Of a stretch of 64,000 nt of DNA, positions 10,276-20,007 are shown piece after piece. Each line of letters begins with the position of its first letter. The first letter of the stretch is position 1. The notes below the pieces were generated by a model. It was not told where the DNA came from. It did no database searches and saw only the letters and a list, made by a program, of their open reading frames with translations. The stretch lies in assembly GCA_049903315.1 (NCBI GenBank), contig JBNGBT010000003.1:64001-128000 (forward strand), given 5' to 3'. A program made the translations under genes and the position numbers. This stretch comes from Candidatus Cloacimonadota bacterium (GTDB taxonomy: Bacteria; Cloacimonadota; Cloacimonadia; JGIOTU-2).

Positions 10276-10932
10276 GTGAAACCATACGTCACCACAAAAA
10301 CTCTTGAAGCAAAAACACAGCAATGGCTTGATAAAATTTCTCCTTTTAATCAGCATAAAATGGAGCTTGATACAGAGCATGCCTGCCTGCTGGTCATCGA
10401 TATGCAGAAATTTTTTCTTGATCCCAACTCACCGACCTATACCTGCGGCGGTGCTGCAATTCTACCAAATATAAAGAAATTGATAGAACAATTCAGAAAG
10501 CTCAAACGTCCGGTTATCTATACAAAACATGTCCATCATCCCGATAAATTGGACGCAGGCATCATGGGATGGTGGTGGGAAGGCATGTGCAAAGAAGGCA
10601 GTCCGGAAAGTGATATTGTAGAAGAATTATACCCTTTGCCCAATGAAAAAGTTGTTTTGAAACATCGGTACTCATCCTTTTATAATACAGATCTGGAAAT
10701 TGTGCTCAGATGCCTTGGCATCAAAGATGTAATTATCACAGGAATTATGACGTGCATGTGCTGCGAATCGACTGCGCGGGATGCGTATTATAGGGATTAT
10801 CGCGTATTCTTTCCTGCTGACGGCACAGGTGCGATCAACGAAGAGATGCATTTAGCGAGTCTGCTGAACCTTGGGTTTGGCTTTGCGTATATTACAAAAG
10901 TTAAGGAAATATTAACCCAACTTAAAAAGTAA
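10276..10932 (+). CDS. Isochorismatase-family cysteine hydrolase
   Basis: LLVIDMQKFF, KHRYSSF and TGIMTCMCCESTARDA. Confidence 0.9.
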   Translation: MKPYVTTKTLEAKTQQWLDKISPFNQHKMELDTEHACLLVIDMQKFFLDPNSPTYTCGGAAILPNIKKLIEQFRKLKRPVIYTKHVHHPDKLDAGIMGWWWEGMCKEGSPESDIVEELYPLPNEKVVLKHRYSSFYNTDLEIVLRCLGIKDVIITGIMTCMCCESTARDAYYRDYRVFFPADGTGAINEEMHLASLLNLGFGFAYITKVKEILTQLKK

Positions 10933-11136
10933 GAAATTTTTAAATTCGGAATGTCTTTATGGCGTACTTGTCACAAGCTCTCGACTTAGATGCACTTGAG
11001 ATATGTCGGAGTATATAACTTATTATTAATAACTCACCTCTAATTTTTATTCCTTAATTCCGACTTATGACAAGAATTCAGTATCGTAGAGCATGTCTTA
11101 AGTGTATCGAAAAAATAGAACTTACCTGCTTTATTC

Positions 11137-11856
11137 TTACTTCTTGCCAATAAAAAACAGCGAACTTGCAGGCGCATAGCCGTAGGTTTCTATCCAATCG
11201 ATGAGTTCATCAATCTTACGTGTATAGCTCTCAAATTCAGGAATTTCTTTATAACGATTGAGAGCTTGTGTTATACTCGCTTTCATTTTCGTAATGAATT
11301 CCGGATTTTTCGGATCATCGACGGGATAGGTCAGGTCGAATACTTCAAGCTGTGAGAAAGGAAATTTCTTTACGATCCTACGAATTCTATCTCTGCTATA
11401 GGTGTGGTCGTGGAAATCACCTTTTACCATATCGAGATCAGCAGCGAGGTGGTGGATTTTAATATGTGAATGCTGCGCTTCGGTTTGATCTCCGTCACCA
11501 TACATCTCTCCAATGAAAAAATACCCGCCCGTCTTGAGCACTCTGAACATTTCCGAAAGTACTGTATCCAACTTCTTCATGTGGTGAAGAGAATATTGAA
11601 TACCGACGGTATCAAACGTATTATCTTCGAAAGTGAGATTTTCTGCATCCATTTTAACGAAATGAACGGGCTTACCCTCAAATTGTTTTTGTGCATATTC
11701 AAGCGCTTTTTCATGAACATCAATACCGACAAAGTCCTGATAATCATTAAGTGTTTCCATTAGCATTTTGATGAATTGCCCCGATCCAGTTGCCACATCG
11801 AGCACTTTCCCGCCTGAAATCTCTTTTAATCGTATTTCCAATTTTTCTAAATCCAT
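11137..11856 (-). CDS. Class I SAM-dependent methyltransferase
   Basis: VLDVATGSG, GID, MDAENLTFEDNTFD and EMFRVLKTGG. Confidence 0.9.
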   Translation of the reverse strand: MDLEKLEIRLKEISGGKVLDVATGSGQFIKMLMETLNDYQDFVGIDVHEKALEYAQKQFEGKPVHFVKMDAENLTFEDNTFDTVGIQYSLHHMKKLDTVLSEMFRVLKTGGYFFIGEMYGDGDQTEAQHSHIKIHHLAADLDMVKGDFHDHTYSRDRIRRIVKKFPFSQLEVFDLTYPVDDPKNPEFITKMKASITQALNRYKEIPEFESYTRKIDELIDWIETYGYAPASSLFFIGKK

Positions 11857-11958
11857 ATGCCTGTTTCTGTGGGAGCATTATGATAAGTCAATAATAATTT
11901 CTTAGACAACGAGAAGATGATTTTTCAAACATTGCATTTCAGAAAGAGTAAAAAAAAT

Positions 11959-12516
11959 ATGCCATTATTTCAAGTTTTGTTTATTGCGGTCGGTCTTGCG
12001 ATGGATGCCTTTGCGGTTTCCCTTGCAAGTGGATTCTCTTTGAGGAGATCTTATGTATTTTGGAGTGCTATAATCGCCTTGTTTTTTGGTGGATTTCAAG
12101 CGCTCATGACGATAATCGGCTGGTTTGGAGGTAATTTATTCCGTGAGTATATTGAGAAGTTCGATCACTGGATCGCGTTTGGTCTCTTGCTCATCATCGG
12201 TTGCCGCATGATTTATGAAACATTTTGTTCACATCCTGAAAAAAAGCTTATTCGTCCGACAAATCTCCTGGTTTTGTTAGGTCTCGCCATTGCCACCAGC
12301 ATCGATGCGCTTGCTGTGGGATTAAGTTTTTCATTGCTTGACACACAGATCTTTTTACCTGCACTTTTAATCGGTATAGTGACATTTATTATTTCGTTTT
12401 GCGGAGTAATGTTGGGAAAATCTCTGGGAGAAAAATGGGGAGAAAGAGCCCACGTTTTTGGAGGAATTGTATTGATCCTTATCGGGATTAAAATACTTTT
12501 GGAGCACCTTACATAA
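11959..12516 (+). CDS. mntP: Manganese efflux pump MntP
   Basis: GLAMDAFAVS and ATSIDALAVG signature helices, plus DHWIAF. Confidence 0.9.
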   Translation: MPLFQVLFIAVGLAMDAFAVSLASGFSLRRSYVFWSAIIALFFGGFQALMTIIGWFGGNLFREYIEKFDHWIAFGLLLIIGCRMIYETFCSHPEKKLIRPTNLLVLLGLAIATSIDALAVGLSFSLLDTQIFLPALLIGIVTFIISFCGVMLGKSLGEKWGERAHVFGGIVLILIGIKILLEHLT

Positions 12517-12521
12517 AATAG

Positions 12522-12560
12522 TTGACAATCTATTTTGCTTGTTGGCAAACTTGCCAACAA
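12522..12560 (+). promoter_or_regulatory. -35 box (TTGACA) and putative ArsR operator palindrome
   Basis: TTGACA at 12522. Perfect inverted repeat TTGTTGGCAA-AC-TTGCCAACAA at 12539-12560, directly upstream of the ArsR RBS. Confidence 0.75.
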
Positions 12561-12574
12561 AGAAAGAAGGTGCT

Positions 12575-12898
12575 ATGATAACCTATAAAGAAGCGGAAAT
12601 AAGAAGCGAGGTCATCAAGGCAATGGCGCATCCGGTGCGGTTAATGGTGATCGAACTTCTAAAAGATGGCGAGAAGACCTTTTCCGAGCTGATGGAGTAT
12701 TTTGATATTGATAAATCAACCCTTTCCAAACACATCAGCGTACTGAAGGTTGCGGGTATCGTGTCATCTCAAAAAAGCGGTGCGGAGTCGGTTTTTCGAC
12801 TTCAGGTGCCGTGTGTTACTGAGTTCTTCAGCTGCGTGACCGCAGTGATACAAGATAAAATTACACAGCAGCAATGTTGCATCCGACCTGTAGATTAG
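12575..12898 (+). CDS. ArsR/SmtB family transcriptional regulator
   Basis: KAMAHPVRLMVIELL...STLSKHISVLKVAGIV winged HTH. C-terminal cysteines (PCVxxFxxC...CC). Confidence 0.9.
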   Translation: MITYKEAEIRSEVIKAMAHPVRLMVIELLKDGEKTFSELMEYFDIDKSTLSKHISVLKVAGIVSSQKSGAESVFRLQVPCVTEFFSCVTAVIQDKITQQQCCIRPVD

Positions 12899-12907
12899 AG
12901 GAATTCT

Positions 12908-14029
12908 ATGAATAGAGAATGGAAAAAATTCTTCTGGCTGATTGCGGCGTTCCTCGCCTTGTATTTTCTACCTTTTAATAAACAGATTGTTGCCGGTGCC
13001 CTTATAAACGGATTTTCTTTGCTCCACGAATATGCACGCGATCATGTACTTTTATGCCTTGTTCCGGCTTTTTTTATAGCAGGAGCGATCACAGTTTTTG
13101 TCAAAAAGGATGCAGTTCTCAAGTTGCTCGGTCCAAAGACCAAGAAGTGGATTTCCTACCCTATTGCTTCGATCTCGGGCGGAATTTTGGCAGTTTGCTC
13201 ATGCACAATCCTCCCTCTTTTTGCAGGTATCTGGAAGCGTGGCGCTGGCATCGGTCCCGCAACGACATTTCTCTATGCAGGTCCCGCAATCAATGTTGCA
13301 GCAATATTTCTGACTGGCACCGTTCTCGGGTGGGAACTTTCATTAGTTCGCCTGTTCTTTGCAATTTTCGGCGCAATCCTAATTGGATTGATTATGGGAA
13401 CACTCTTCAGGAATAATGCTGATGCCACGCAAAATGGATTTTCAGTTTCATCTGAAGAAAGCAATGTCTCAACAATCCCGATCGTGCTCTTATTCCTTAT
13501 GCAGCTTGCCTTTCTGATAACTGGCGGCTTAGCGATCAACGGCATTTTGAAATCAGTTCTATTGATTTTATATGTTATTATCATTTTGTATATCATTTTT
13601 TTCAAAATTGATAAAGAGTACCGAACTGGCTGGATCGATGAAACCTGGTCATTCACCAAAAAGATACTTCCCTTTCTCTTTGTCGGAATTTTTGTTGCAG
13701 GAGTTGTTGCAAAGGCATTACCCGAACATCTCATAAATTCTTTACTCGGCGGCAATCGACTTTTCTCAACTTTTTTTGCTTCAATATTTGGCGCAGTCAT
13801 GTATTTTGCTACCCTCACAGAAGTTCCGATCATACAATCCTTGATGTCTTTGGGTATGGGCAAAGGACCGGCACTAGCGCTCTTTCTCGCTGGATATTCT
13901 CTCAGCTTACCCAATATCATCGTGCTCAACAAGCTACTCGGCTTCAAAAGAGCGATGACCTATATCATATTGATAGTCGTCTATTCAGCAGGAGCTGGAT
14001 ATTTGTATGGAAATTATTTATTCGTATAG
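12908..14029 (+). CDS. ArsP/DUF318-type permease
   Basis: HVLLCLVPAFFIAG, LAVCSCTILPLF, FLYAGPAIN, MYFATLTEVPI and GPALALFLAG. Confidence 0.88.
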   Translation: MNREWKKFFWLIAAFLALYFLPFNKQIVAGALINGFSLLHEYARDHVLLCLVPAFFIAGAITVFVKKDAVLKLLGPKTKKWISYPIASISGGILAVCSCTILPLFAGIWKRGAGIGPATTFLYAGPAINVAAIFLTGTVLGWELSLVRLFFAIFGAILIGLIMGTLFRNNADATQNGFSVSSEESNVSTIPIVLLFLMQLAFLITGGLAINGILKSVLLILYVIIILYIIFFKIDKEYRTGWIDETWSFTKKILPFLFVGIFVAGVVAKALPEHLINSLLGGNRLFSTFFASIFGAVMYFATLTEVPIIQSLMSLGMGKGPALALFLAGYSLSLPNIIVLNKLLGFKRAMTYIILIVVYSAGAGYLYGNYLFV

Positions 14030-14036
14030 GAGAAAA

Positions 14037-14546
14037 ATGCTACATAAAATCACCATAACCTTACTGTTGTCTGCTGCGCTCATGCTTTTGAGTTGTACTC
14101 AAGGGGAAACTGATTCAAAATATCAAAAAACTGATCCGAATCAAACAAATGACCAAATCCAAAAGGAAAGGAGTTTAGATGAAGATCAGATTACTTCCCC
14201 GATAGAAAAAAAGGATCAGGTGGCACCCGAAGCTGAAAAAGAGACCTTGTCCGAAGAAGTAAATATAAAAGTTACATTTATTGAACTCGGCTCTAAGGAT
14301 TGTGTTCCCTGCAAAATGATGGAACCGATTCTTGATGAAATCAGAGAGGAATATAGCGATCAGGTAAATGTCGTGTTTCATGACGTGAAAACCAAAGAAG
14401 GTTATGCGTATGCTCAGCAATACAAGATCCGCGTGATTCCTACTCAGGTTTTTCTCGACAGCAATGGCGATGAGTATTTCCGGCACGAGGGATTTTTCCC
14501 CAAAGAAGAGTTGGTGAAAGTCTTCACTCAAAAGGGAGTAAAATAA
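14037..14546 (+). CDS. Thioredoxin-family lipoprotein
   Basis: AGGAG RBS, LLSC lipobox, ELGSKDCVPCKMM active site and IRVIPTQVF. Confidence 0.85.
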   Translation: MLHKITITLLLSAALMLLSCTQGETDSKYQKTDPNQTNDQIQKERSLDEDQITSPIEKKDQVAPEAEKETLSEEVNIKVTFIELGSKDCVPCKMMEPILDEIREEYSDQVNVVFHDVKTKEGYAYAQQYKIRVIPTQVFLDSNGDEYFRHEGFFPKEELVKVFTQKGVK

Positions 14547-14556
14547 TCGAGGCACT

Positions 14557-15264
14557 ATGATAGAGAACATTTTCACATGGCTGACTCACGCGCTGTATAC
14601 ATCGGTAGTTCTGTCTCTGCTAGCTTCGTTTTTGTGGGGCATATTGAGCATATTGCTCAGTCCATGCCATCTCACCAGTATTCCGCTCATTGTTGGTTTC
14701 ATAGATGATCAAGGACGTATCTCGACAAAACGGGCATTCTTAATCTCATTACTTTTCGCATTAGGTATTCTCATCACGATTGGTGTTATAGGCATTATTA
14801 CTAGTTTAATGGGAAGGATGTTGGGTGATATCGGCAATATCGGAAATTATATTATTGCGCTCATATTCTTTGTTATCGGTTTACATCTACTTGAAGTCAT
14901 TCCGCTTCCATTTGTAGGAAATGCTCAACAGCCGAAATTCAAAAAGAAAGGTCCCTTAGCAGCTTTTGTTATCGGTTTATTGTTTGGGATAGCACTTGGA
15001 CCATGCACCTTTGCCTATATGGCTCCAATGCTGGGAATTGTATTCAACGTATCATCTACCAATGTATTTTATGGTGCTTCCCTGATCTTTGCATATGCAC
15101 TCGGTCATTGTATTATAATCGTTCTAGCAGGTACTTTCACACAAGTAGTCCAGAAATATCTTCATTGGAATGAAAGAACAAAAGGGGCAATTATTGTAAA
15201 AAAAGTGTGCGGAGTTTTAGTCATTCTCGGTGGTATTTATCTTGTGATCAATGTTCTATTATAA
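14557..15264 (+). CDS. ccdA: CcdA/DsbD-type transmembrane disulfide reductase
   Basis: Six TM helices carrying the SPCHL and GPCTF cysteines. Confidence 0.85.
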   Translation: MIENIFTWLTHALYTSVVLSLLASFLWGILSILLSPCHLTSIPLIVGFIDDQGRISTKRAFLISLLFALGILITIGVIGIITSLMGRMLGDIGNIGNYIIALIFFVIGLHLLEVIPLPFVGNAQQPKFKKKGPLAAFVIGLLFGIALGPCTFAYMAPMLGIVFNVSSTNVFYGASLIFAYALGHCIIIVLAGTFTQVVQKYLHWNERTKGAIIVKKVCGVLVILGGIYLVINVLL

Positions 15265-15350
15265 ATCGTTTAATATTTGAAAGACACATAGAATTAATCC
15301 TAGAAATTTAAAATGATAGAGATTTGTTTATTTATCTCGGAAAGGAAAAA

Positions 15351-15590
15351 ATGAATATTAAAATTTTAGGAGCCGGCTGCGCAAAATGCAGACAGCTTGA
15401 AAAGAATGTTCAGACTGCCCTCGTAAATCTTAAGAGCGATGCTACAGTCGAAAAAGTAACCGACATCAATGAAATCATGAAGTACGAGGTTATGATGACC
15501 CCAGCACTCGTTATTGATGGAGCGGTGAAATCAACTGGAAAAGTATTTACAGTGTACGAATTGGAGAAACTCCTTACGCAATTGCAGTAG
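15351..15590 (+). CDS. Small redox-active disulfide protein (MTH895/thioredoxin-3 type)
   Basis: IKILGAGCAKC...VMMTPALVIDG. Confidence 0.88.
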   Translation: MNIKILGAGCAKCRQLEKNVQTALVNLKSDATVEKVTDINEIMKYEVMMTPALVIDGAVKSTGKVFTVYELEKLLTQLQ

Positions 15591-15635
15591 AACTTTTTCT
15601 ATAAATCAGTTAATTATCTTGCCAGATTTATAAAT

Positions 15636-16553
15636 ATGGTTCAAAAAACACACATGGAACACTCGCTAAATAATAGCATTACTGAAGTCGAAAACCATGA
15701 GATCAAAAAGGTTACATGGATTGGACTCTTTGTAAATCTCATTCTCTCTCTGCTAAAGTTCACTGTTGGTATTCTTGGTTACAGCCAGGCAATTGTGGCG
15801 GATGCAGTTCATAGCGTTTCTGACATGGCTACTGACGCTGCGGTTCTTATTGGAGTGAAATACTGGTCTGCGCCCCCCGATAAAGATCATCCATACGGAC
15901 ACTGGCGGATAGAAACAATTATCACAGGTTTTATAGGGATCGCACTTGCTGCAGTTGCAGTCGGAATAGGATACAATGCAATTGCGACCTTGAAAGATCA
16001 CTGTATTGAGACTCCAAGGTGGATTGCAATAATTGGTGCGCTCGTTTCGATCATCGTGAAGGAGTTCTTGTATCACTGGAATGTTAAGGTTGGCAGGAAA
16101 GTGAAGTCCTCTGCCCTTATTGCGAATGCCTGGCATCACAGATCTGATGCGCTGAGTTCTATTCCTGCCCTGCTTGCAGTAGCAATTTCCGTGATCAAAC
16201 CTCAATGGGCATTTGTTGATCACATCGGTGCGATCATCGTTTCATTGATCATACTCAAAGTTTCATGGGATATAGTTTTACCTGCGCTGAAAAAATTATC
16301 AGATTCCGGTGTTTCTGCCAAAGAAACGGAGCATATCCGATCTATCGCAATGCGAGTCGATGGTGTTAAGGATGCTCATGCAATACGTACCCGCGATGCA
16401 GGACACGGTATTTTCGTTGATATGCATGTACTAGTTGACGGAGATATTTCTGTTTCTGAAGGACATAGTATATCTGAAAAAGTACAGGACGAGATAATAA
16501 AGAACGGGCCTGATGTGCTCGACGTGGTGGTTCATATCGAGCCATTCATATGA
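15636..16553 (+). CDS. Cation diffusion facilitator (FieF-like) transporter
   Basis: ADAVHSVSD, HPYGH, NAWHHRSDA and VHIEP. Confidence 0.92.
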   Translation: MVQKTHMEHSLNNSITEVENHEIKKVTWIGLFVNLILSLLKFTVGILGYSQAIVADAVHSVSDMATDAAVLIGVKYWSAPPDKDHPYGHWRIETIITGFIGIALAAVAVGIGYNAIATLKDHCIETPRWIAIIGALVSIIVKEFLYHWNVKVGRKVKSSALIANAWHHRSDALSSIPALLAVAISVIKPQWAFVDHIGAIIVSLIILKVSWDIVLPALKKLSDSGVSAKETEHIRSIAMRVDGVKDAHAIRTRDAGHGIFVDMHVLVDGDISVSEGHSISEKVQDEIIKNGPDVLDVVVHIEPFI

Positions 16554-16615
16554 AAATACAAAAAGTATATTATAGACAAAGTTGACTAAAATTAAATTGT
16601 CTTTATAAAATATTT

Positions 16616-17185
16616 ATGAAAAGAGGTATAAATAGTATTACTGAAATTGATATAGAAAATATTGTTGGTTATAAAAAAATCGTTACTAGTTTAATTGAAT
16701 ATTATAAGAAATGCAAAAAAACGATCCTTGGAGAATTAAAAGATCTTCCTTCTAAGGGTAGTATACAACCAAAAAGAAGAGGTAAGAAATATTATTATTA
16801 CCTCGCTTTCAGAGAAAACGACAAAGTAAAGTTCAAATATATAGGAAAAGTTCGACCAATTGAATTAGAGGAAAAGTTGAAAAGAAGCAAGGAGTTAAAA
16901 AGAAAGCTTACTTTAATTAATGGTTTTTTATATTCTTTAGGAATGGCGAGACGTACCAATAGATTATCTCTTTCGATGCGTTTCCAGATTTTTGAAAGAG
17001 ATAATTTTACGTGTCAATATTGTGGTAGAAATGTTAAGGAAAATAATGTTATTTTAACTGTTGATCATATTTTACCCAAAAAGTTGGGCGGATCAGATAA
17101 ATTTGATAATCTTATTACGTCCTGTAGGGATTGTAATTTGGGAAAGCATGCCCATTATTACAAGTCAATCATAGATGGAGAATAG
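16616..17185 (+). CDS. HNH endonuclease with a basic N-terminal extension
   Basis: RFQIFERDNFTCQYCG...TVDHILPKKLGG...NLITSCRDCNLGK (Zn-binding HNH fold). Confidence 0.85.
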   Translation: MKRGINSITEIDIENIVGYKKIVTSLIEYYKKCKKTILGELKDLPSKGSIQPKRRGKKYYYYLAFRENDKVKFKYIGKVRPIELEEKLKRSKELKRKLTLINGFLYSLGMARRTNRLSLSMRFQIFERDNFTCQYCGRNVKENNVILTVDHILPKKLGGSDKFDNLITSCRDCNLGKHAHYYKSIIDGE

Positions 17186-17276
17186 CCTTCGTTTGTTTTT
17201 TAGAATACCAACCTCCTTTGACATAACCACTAATAACACCTATATTATCTATTAAAAATATTTGAGGATTTTACCT

Positions 17277-19091
17277 ATGGCACAAGAGAAAAAACAAGGG
17301 AAATTAACAGTTCACACTGAAAATATATTTCCTATCATAAAAAAGTGGCTCTACTCCGAGCATGATATTTTCCTGAGAGAACTCATTGCGAATGCTGTCG
17401 ATGCAATGAACAAGCGCGAAGCAATGGATCCCGATGTGAAAATTGATGAGCTTCAGGTCGAAGTAAAGATCAACAAACGCAAAAAAGCACTCGAGATCAT
17501 CGACAACGGCATCGGTATGACCCAGCAAGAGATCAAGAAATATATCAACCAGATCGCCTTTTCCAGCGCAGAAGGATTTGTAGAAAAATACAAGGATAGA
17601 CAGGGCAAACTTATTGGGCAATTCGGATTAGGATTTTACTCTTCATTTATGGTTGCGAAGAAAGTCACCATAGATTCTCTTTCATTTAAAAAGAGCTCAG
17701 AACCGGCATACTGGGAATGTGAAGGCAGTACTGATTTCCAGCTCGATGTTGGAAAACGAAAAGAGCCGGGCACTACAATCACAATTTATCTAAATAAAGA
17801 AAATGAAGATTATCTCGAGGACTTCAAAGTGAAAGAGTTGATCGAGAAATACTGCAACTTCATGCCCTTCCCCATCGTTTTTGATAAAAAAGTGGTGAAC
17901 ATCCAGAAAGCACTCTGGCACAAAAAGCCAAAAGATATCGAAGAAAGCGAATACAAAGAATTTTATAAAGAACTTTTTCACCAATACGAAGACCCGCTTT
18001 TTTGGATACATCTCAATGTTGATTTTCCGTTCAAGCTTGAAGGAATTCTCTACTTCCCCAAAATTAATCAACTCGATCTTGACCTCAACCGGGGTAAGAT
18101 AAAACTCTTTTGCCACGATGTTTTTGTTGCAGATGATCTGAAAGGCGTTGTGCCGGAATTCCTGCTTTTACTCCGTGGTGGCATGGATATTCCAGACATT
18201 CCCCTCAATGTTTCGCGCAGCTTTTTGCAGGAAGATAAACAGGTAAAAAAGATTTCTCAGTACATCATAAAGAAGGTGGCGGACAGTCTCAAAGACATTT
18301 TCAAAGAAGATAGAAAGCGCTATGATAGTTTGTGGAATGACATCAATCACTTCATCAAATACGGCATGTTGACCGAGGAAAAATTCTATGAAATTCTCAA
18401 AGATCAACTCATTTTCAAAACAACAAAAGGTGATTATGTAACAGTCGATGAATATCTTCTCAGAAATCCGCAGGAAGGCAAACAGAAGAAGATTTACTAT
18501 GCACCAAGCGAAGATCTCCAGGTTACTTATTTGAATATGATGAAGGAGCAGGGCGTTGAAGTGATCTTTGCACCAACGGTACTAGATGGTCATGTTTTCC
18601 AGAAAATAGAAATGGATAAAGGCGATGTATCCTTTGTGCGGATCGACTCCGAGATCAATGATAATATGGTGAACAAAGATAAAAAGGAAATCGTTGATCA
18701 GGATAATAAAACTCCATCCGATAAGATCAAGACCGTGTTTGAGAAAGCATTGAATAATGATAAGATCACAGTGGAAGTAAAGAGTCTGAAGGTGAAGGAT
18801 ATTCCAGCAATGGTTGTGTTTAATGAGCATATGCGCAGATTCCAGGAAATGAGCCAGTTCGCAAATCCGGAAGCAACAGATATGCTCGCAAGCCATACTC
18901 TTGTCGTGAACAGTGAAAATGATACAGTAAAAAAGATACTCATACTCAACGACAAAGGGAAAACTGAAGAAGTTGCATTGCTCTGCAGCTATATTCATGA
19001 ACTCGGGCTTATCGAGCAAAAACCTCTTACAGGAAAAGAACTTCAGTCATTCATCGAAAAATCTAACAAGATTTTGCAGATGATAGAATAG
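17277..19091 (+). CDS. htpG: Molecular chaperone HtpG (Hsp90)
   Basis: IFLRELIANAVDA, DNGIGM, IGQFGLGFYSSFMVA and PLNVSRSFLQ. Confidence 0.96.
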   Translation: MAQEKKQGKLTVHTENIFPIIKKWLYSEHDIFLRELIANAVDAMNKREAMDPDVKIDELQVEVKINKRKKALEIIDNGIGMTQQEIKKYINQIAFSSAEGFVEKYKDRQGKLIGQFGLGFYSSFMVAKKVTIDSLSFKKSSEPAYWECEGSTDFQLDVGKRKEPGTTITIYLNKENEDYLEDFKVKELIEKYCNFMPFPIVFDKKVVNIQKALWHKKPKDIEESEYKEFYKELFHQYEDPLFWIHLNVDFPFKLEGILYFPKINQLDLDLNRGKIKLFCHDVFVADDLKGVVPEFLLLLRGGMDIPDIPLNVSRSFLQEDKQVKKISQYIIKKVADSLKDIFKEDRKRYDSLWNDINHFIKYGMLTEEKFYEILKDQLIFKTTKGDYVTVDEYLLRNPQEGKQKKIYYAPSEDLQVTYLNMMKEQGVEVIFAPTVLDGHVFQKIEMDKGDVSFVRIDSEINDNMVNKDKKEIVDQDNKTPSDKIKTVFEKALNNDKITVEVKSLKVKDIPAMVVFNEHMRRFQEMSQFANPEATDMLASHTLVVNSENDTVKKILILNDKGKTEEVALLCSYIHELGLIEQKPLTGKELQSFIEKSNKILQMIE

Positions 19092-19113
19092 AATATTAGA
19101 ATCCATAATAAAT

Positions 19114-19145
19114 AAGCGGTTGTAAAAGCAGCCGCTTTTGCTTTA
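19114..19145 (+). terminator. Rho-independent terminator after htpG
   Basis: AAGCGGTTG-TAAAAG-CAGCCGCTT hairpin followed by a T-rich tail. Confidence 0.7.
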
Positions 19146-19193
19146 TTGTTTTGTTGACAAAAAAACATCCCGATGCAAACTTAATTTTATAAT

Positions 19194-20003
19194 TTGGATG
19201 TTAAACATGGAGAACGCTTGAACATATTTGATTCTGCCGGCATCGGGCTGCGTGCGCGCCTTGAGAACACAAAAGAATTCTATCTTTTTGTGATGCAGGT
19301 CTTCCGTAAAACCCTTACTTTTCACAGGCAAAAACAAATAGGATTCATCGTGCTGCTGCGCCAGATCATGTTTACCGGTTACGAAGCGCTTCCGCTTATA
19401 ATCTTTATCGCACTGAGCATTGGGGGACTCATCATTCTGGAAGGAAACTACATACTCGGCGGATTCGGGCAGAGCCAGCTTGTGTACGTGATACTCGTCA
19501 CCGTTGTTATTCGTGAACTGAGTATCATCATCACTGCACTTATTGTTATTGCCAGATCCGGGACAGCGATTTCCACTGAACTCGGCAACATGATCGTTAA
19601 CAACGAGATAAACCTTCTTCAGTCATTTGGCATTTCACCGATTTCATATCTTGTGGTATCCCGTTTTATCGGTGTCGTTGTTGCAGTATTTCTGCTGACC
19701 ATTTACTTCAATCTTGCTGCAGTAATCGGAGGGTGGCTTTTCTCAACGATCTTTTATCCAATGAATTTTGGCTATTTCGTAAGTCAATTTCTCTACGAGC
19801 TCTCTTTCGCAGATATCATCATTTTTGTGATCAAATCCATAGTATTCGGCACAGCTATTGCCCTTATATCTTGTTATCAGGGTTTGAAAGTTTCAGTTGC
19901 CTCGACTGAAGTGCCACAGCGCACCATAAAAGCAGCGGTCTCATCAGTGATAGCGGTTGTTGTATTCGATATAATAATTACAGTATTATTTTATATATTA
20001 TAA
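19194..20003 (+). CDS. mlaE: MlaE-family ABC permease (start may be the TTG at 19218)
   Basis: VIRELS...IARSGTAISTELGNM...E...GISPISYLVVSR and EVPQRT. Confidence 0.85.
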   Translation: MDVKHGERLNIFDSAGIGLRARLENTKEFYLFVMQVFRKTLTFHRQKQIGFIVLLRQIMFTGYEALPLIIFIALSIGGLIILEGNYILGGFGQSQLVYVILVTVVIRELSIIITALIVIARSGTAISTELGNMIVNNEINLLQSFGISPISYLVVSRFIGVVVAVFLLTIYFNLAAVIGGWLFSTIFYPMNFGYFVSQFLYELSFADIIIFVIKSIVFGTAIALISCYQGLKVSVASTEVPQRTIKAAVSSVIAVVVFDIIITVLFYIL

Positions 20004-20007
20004 CATC

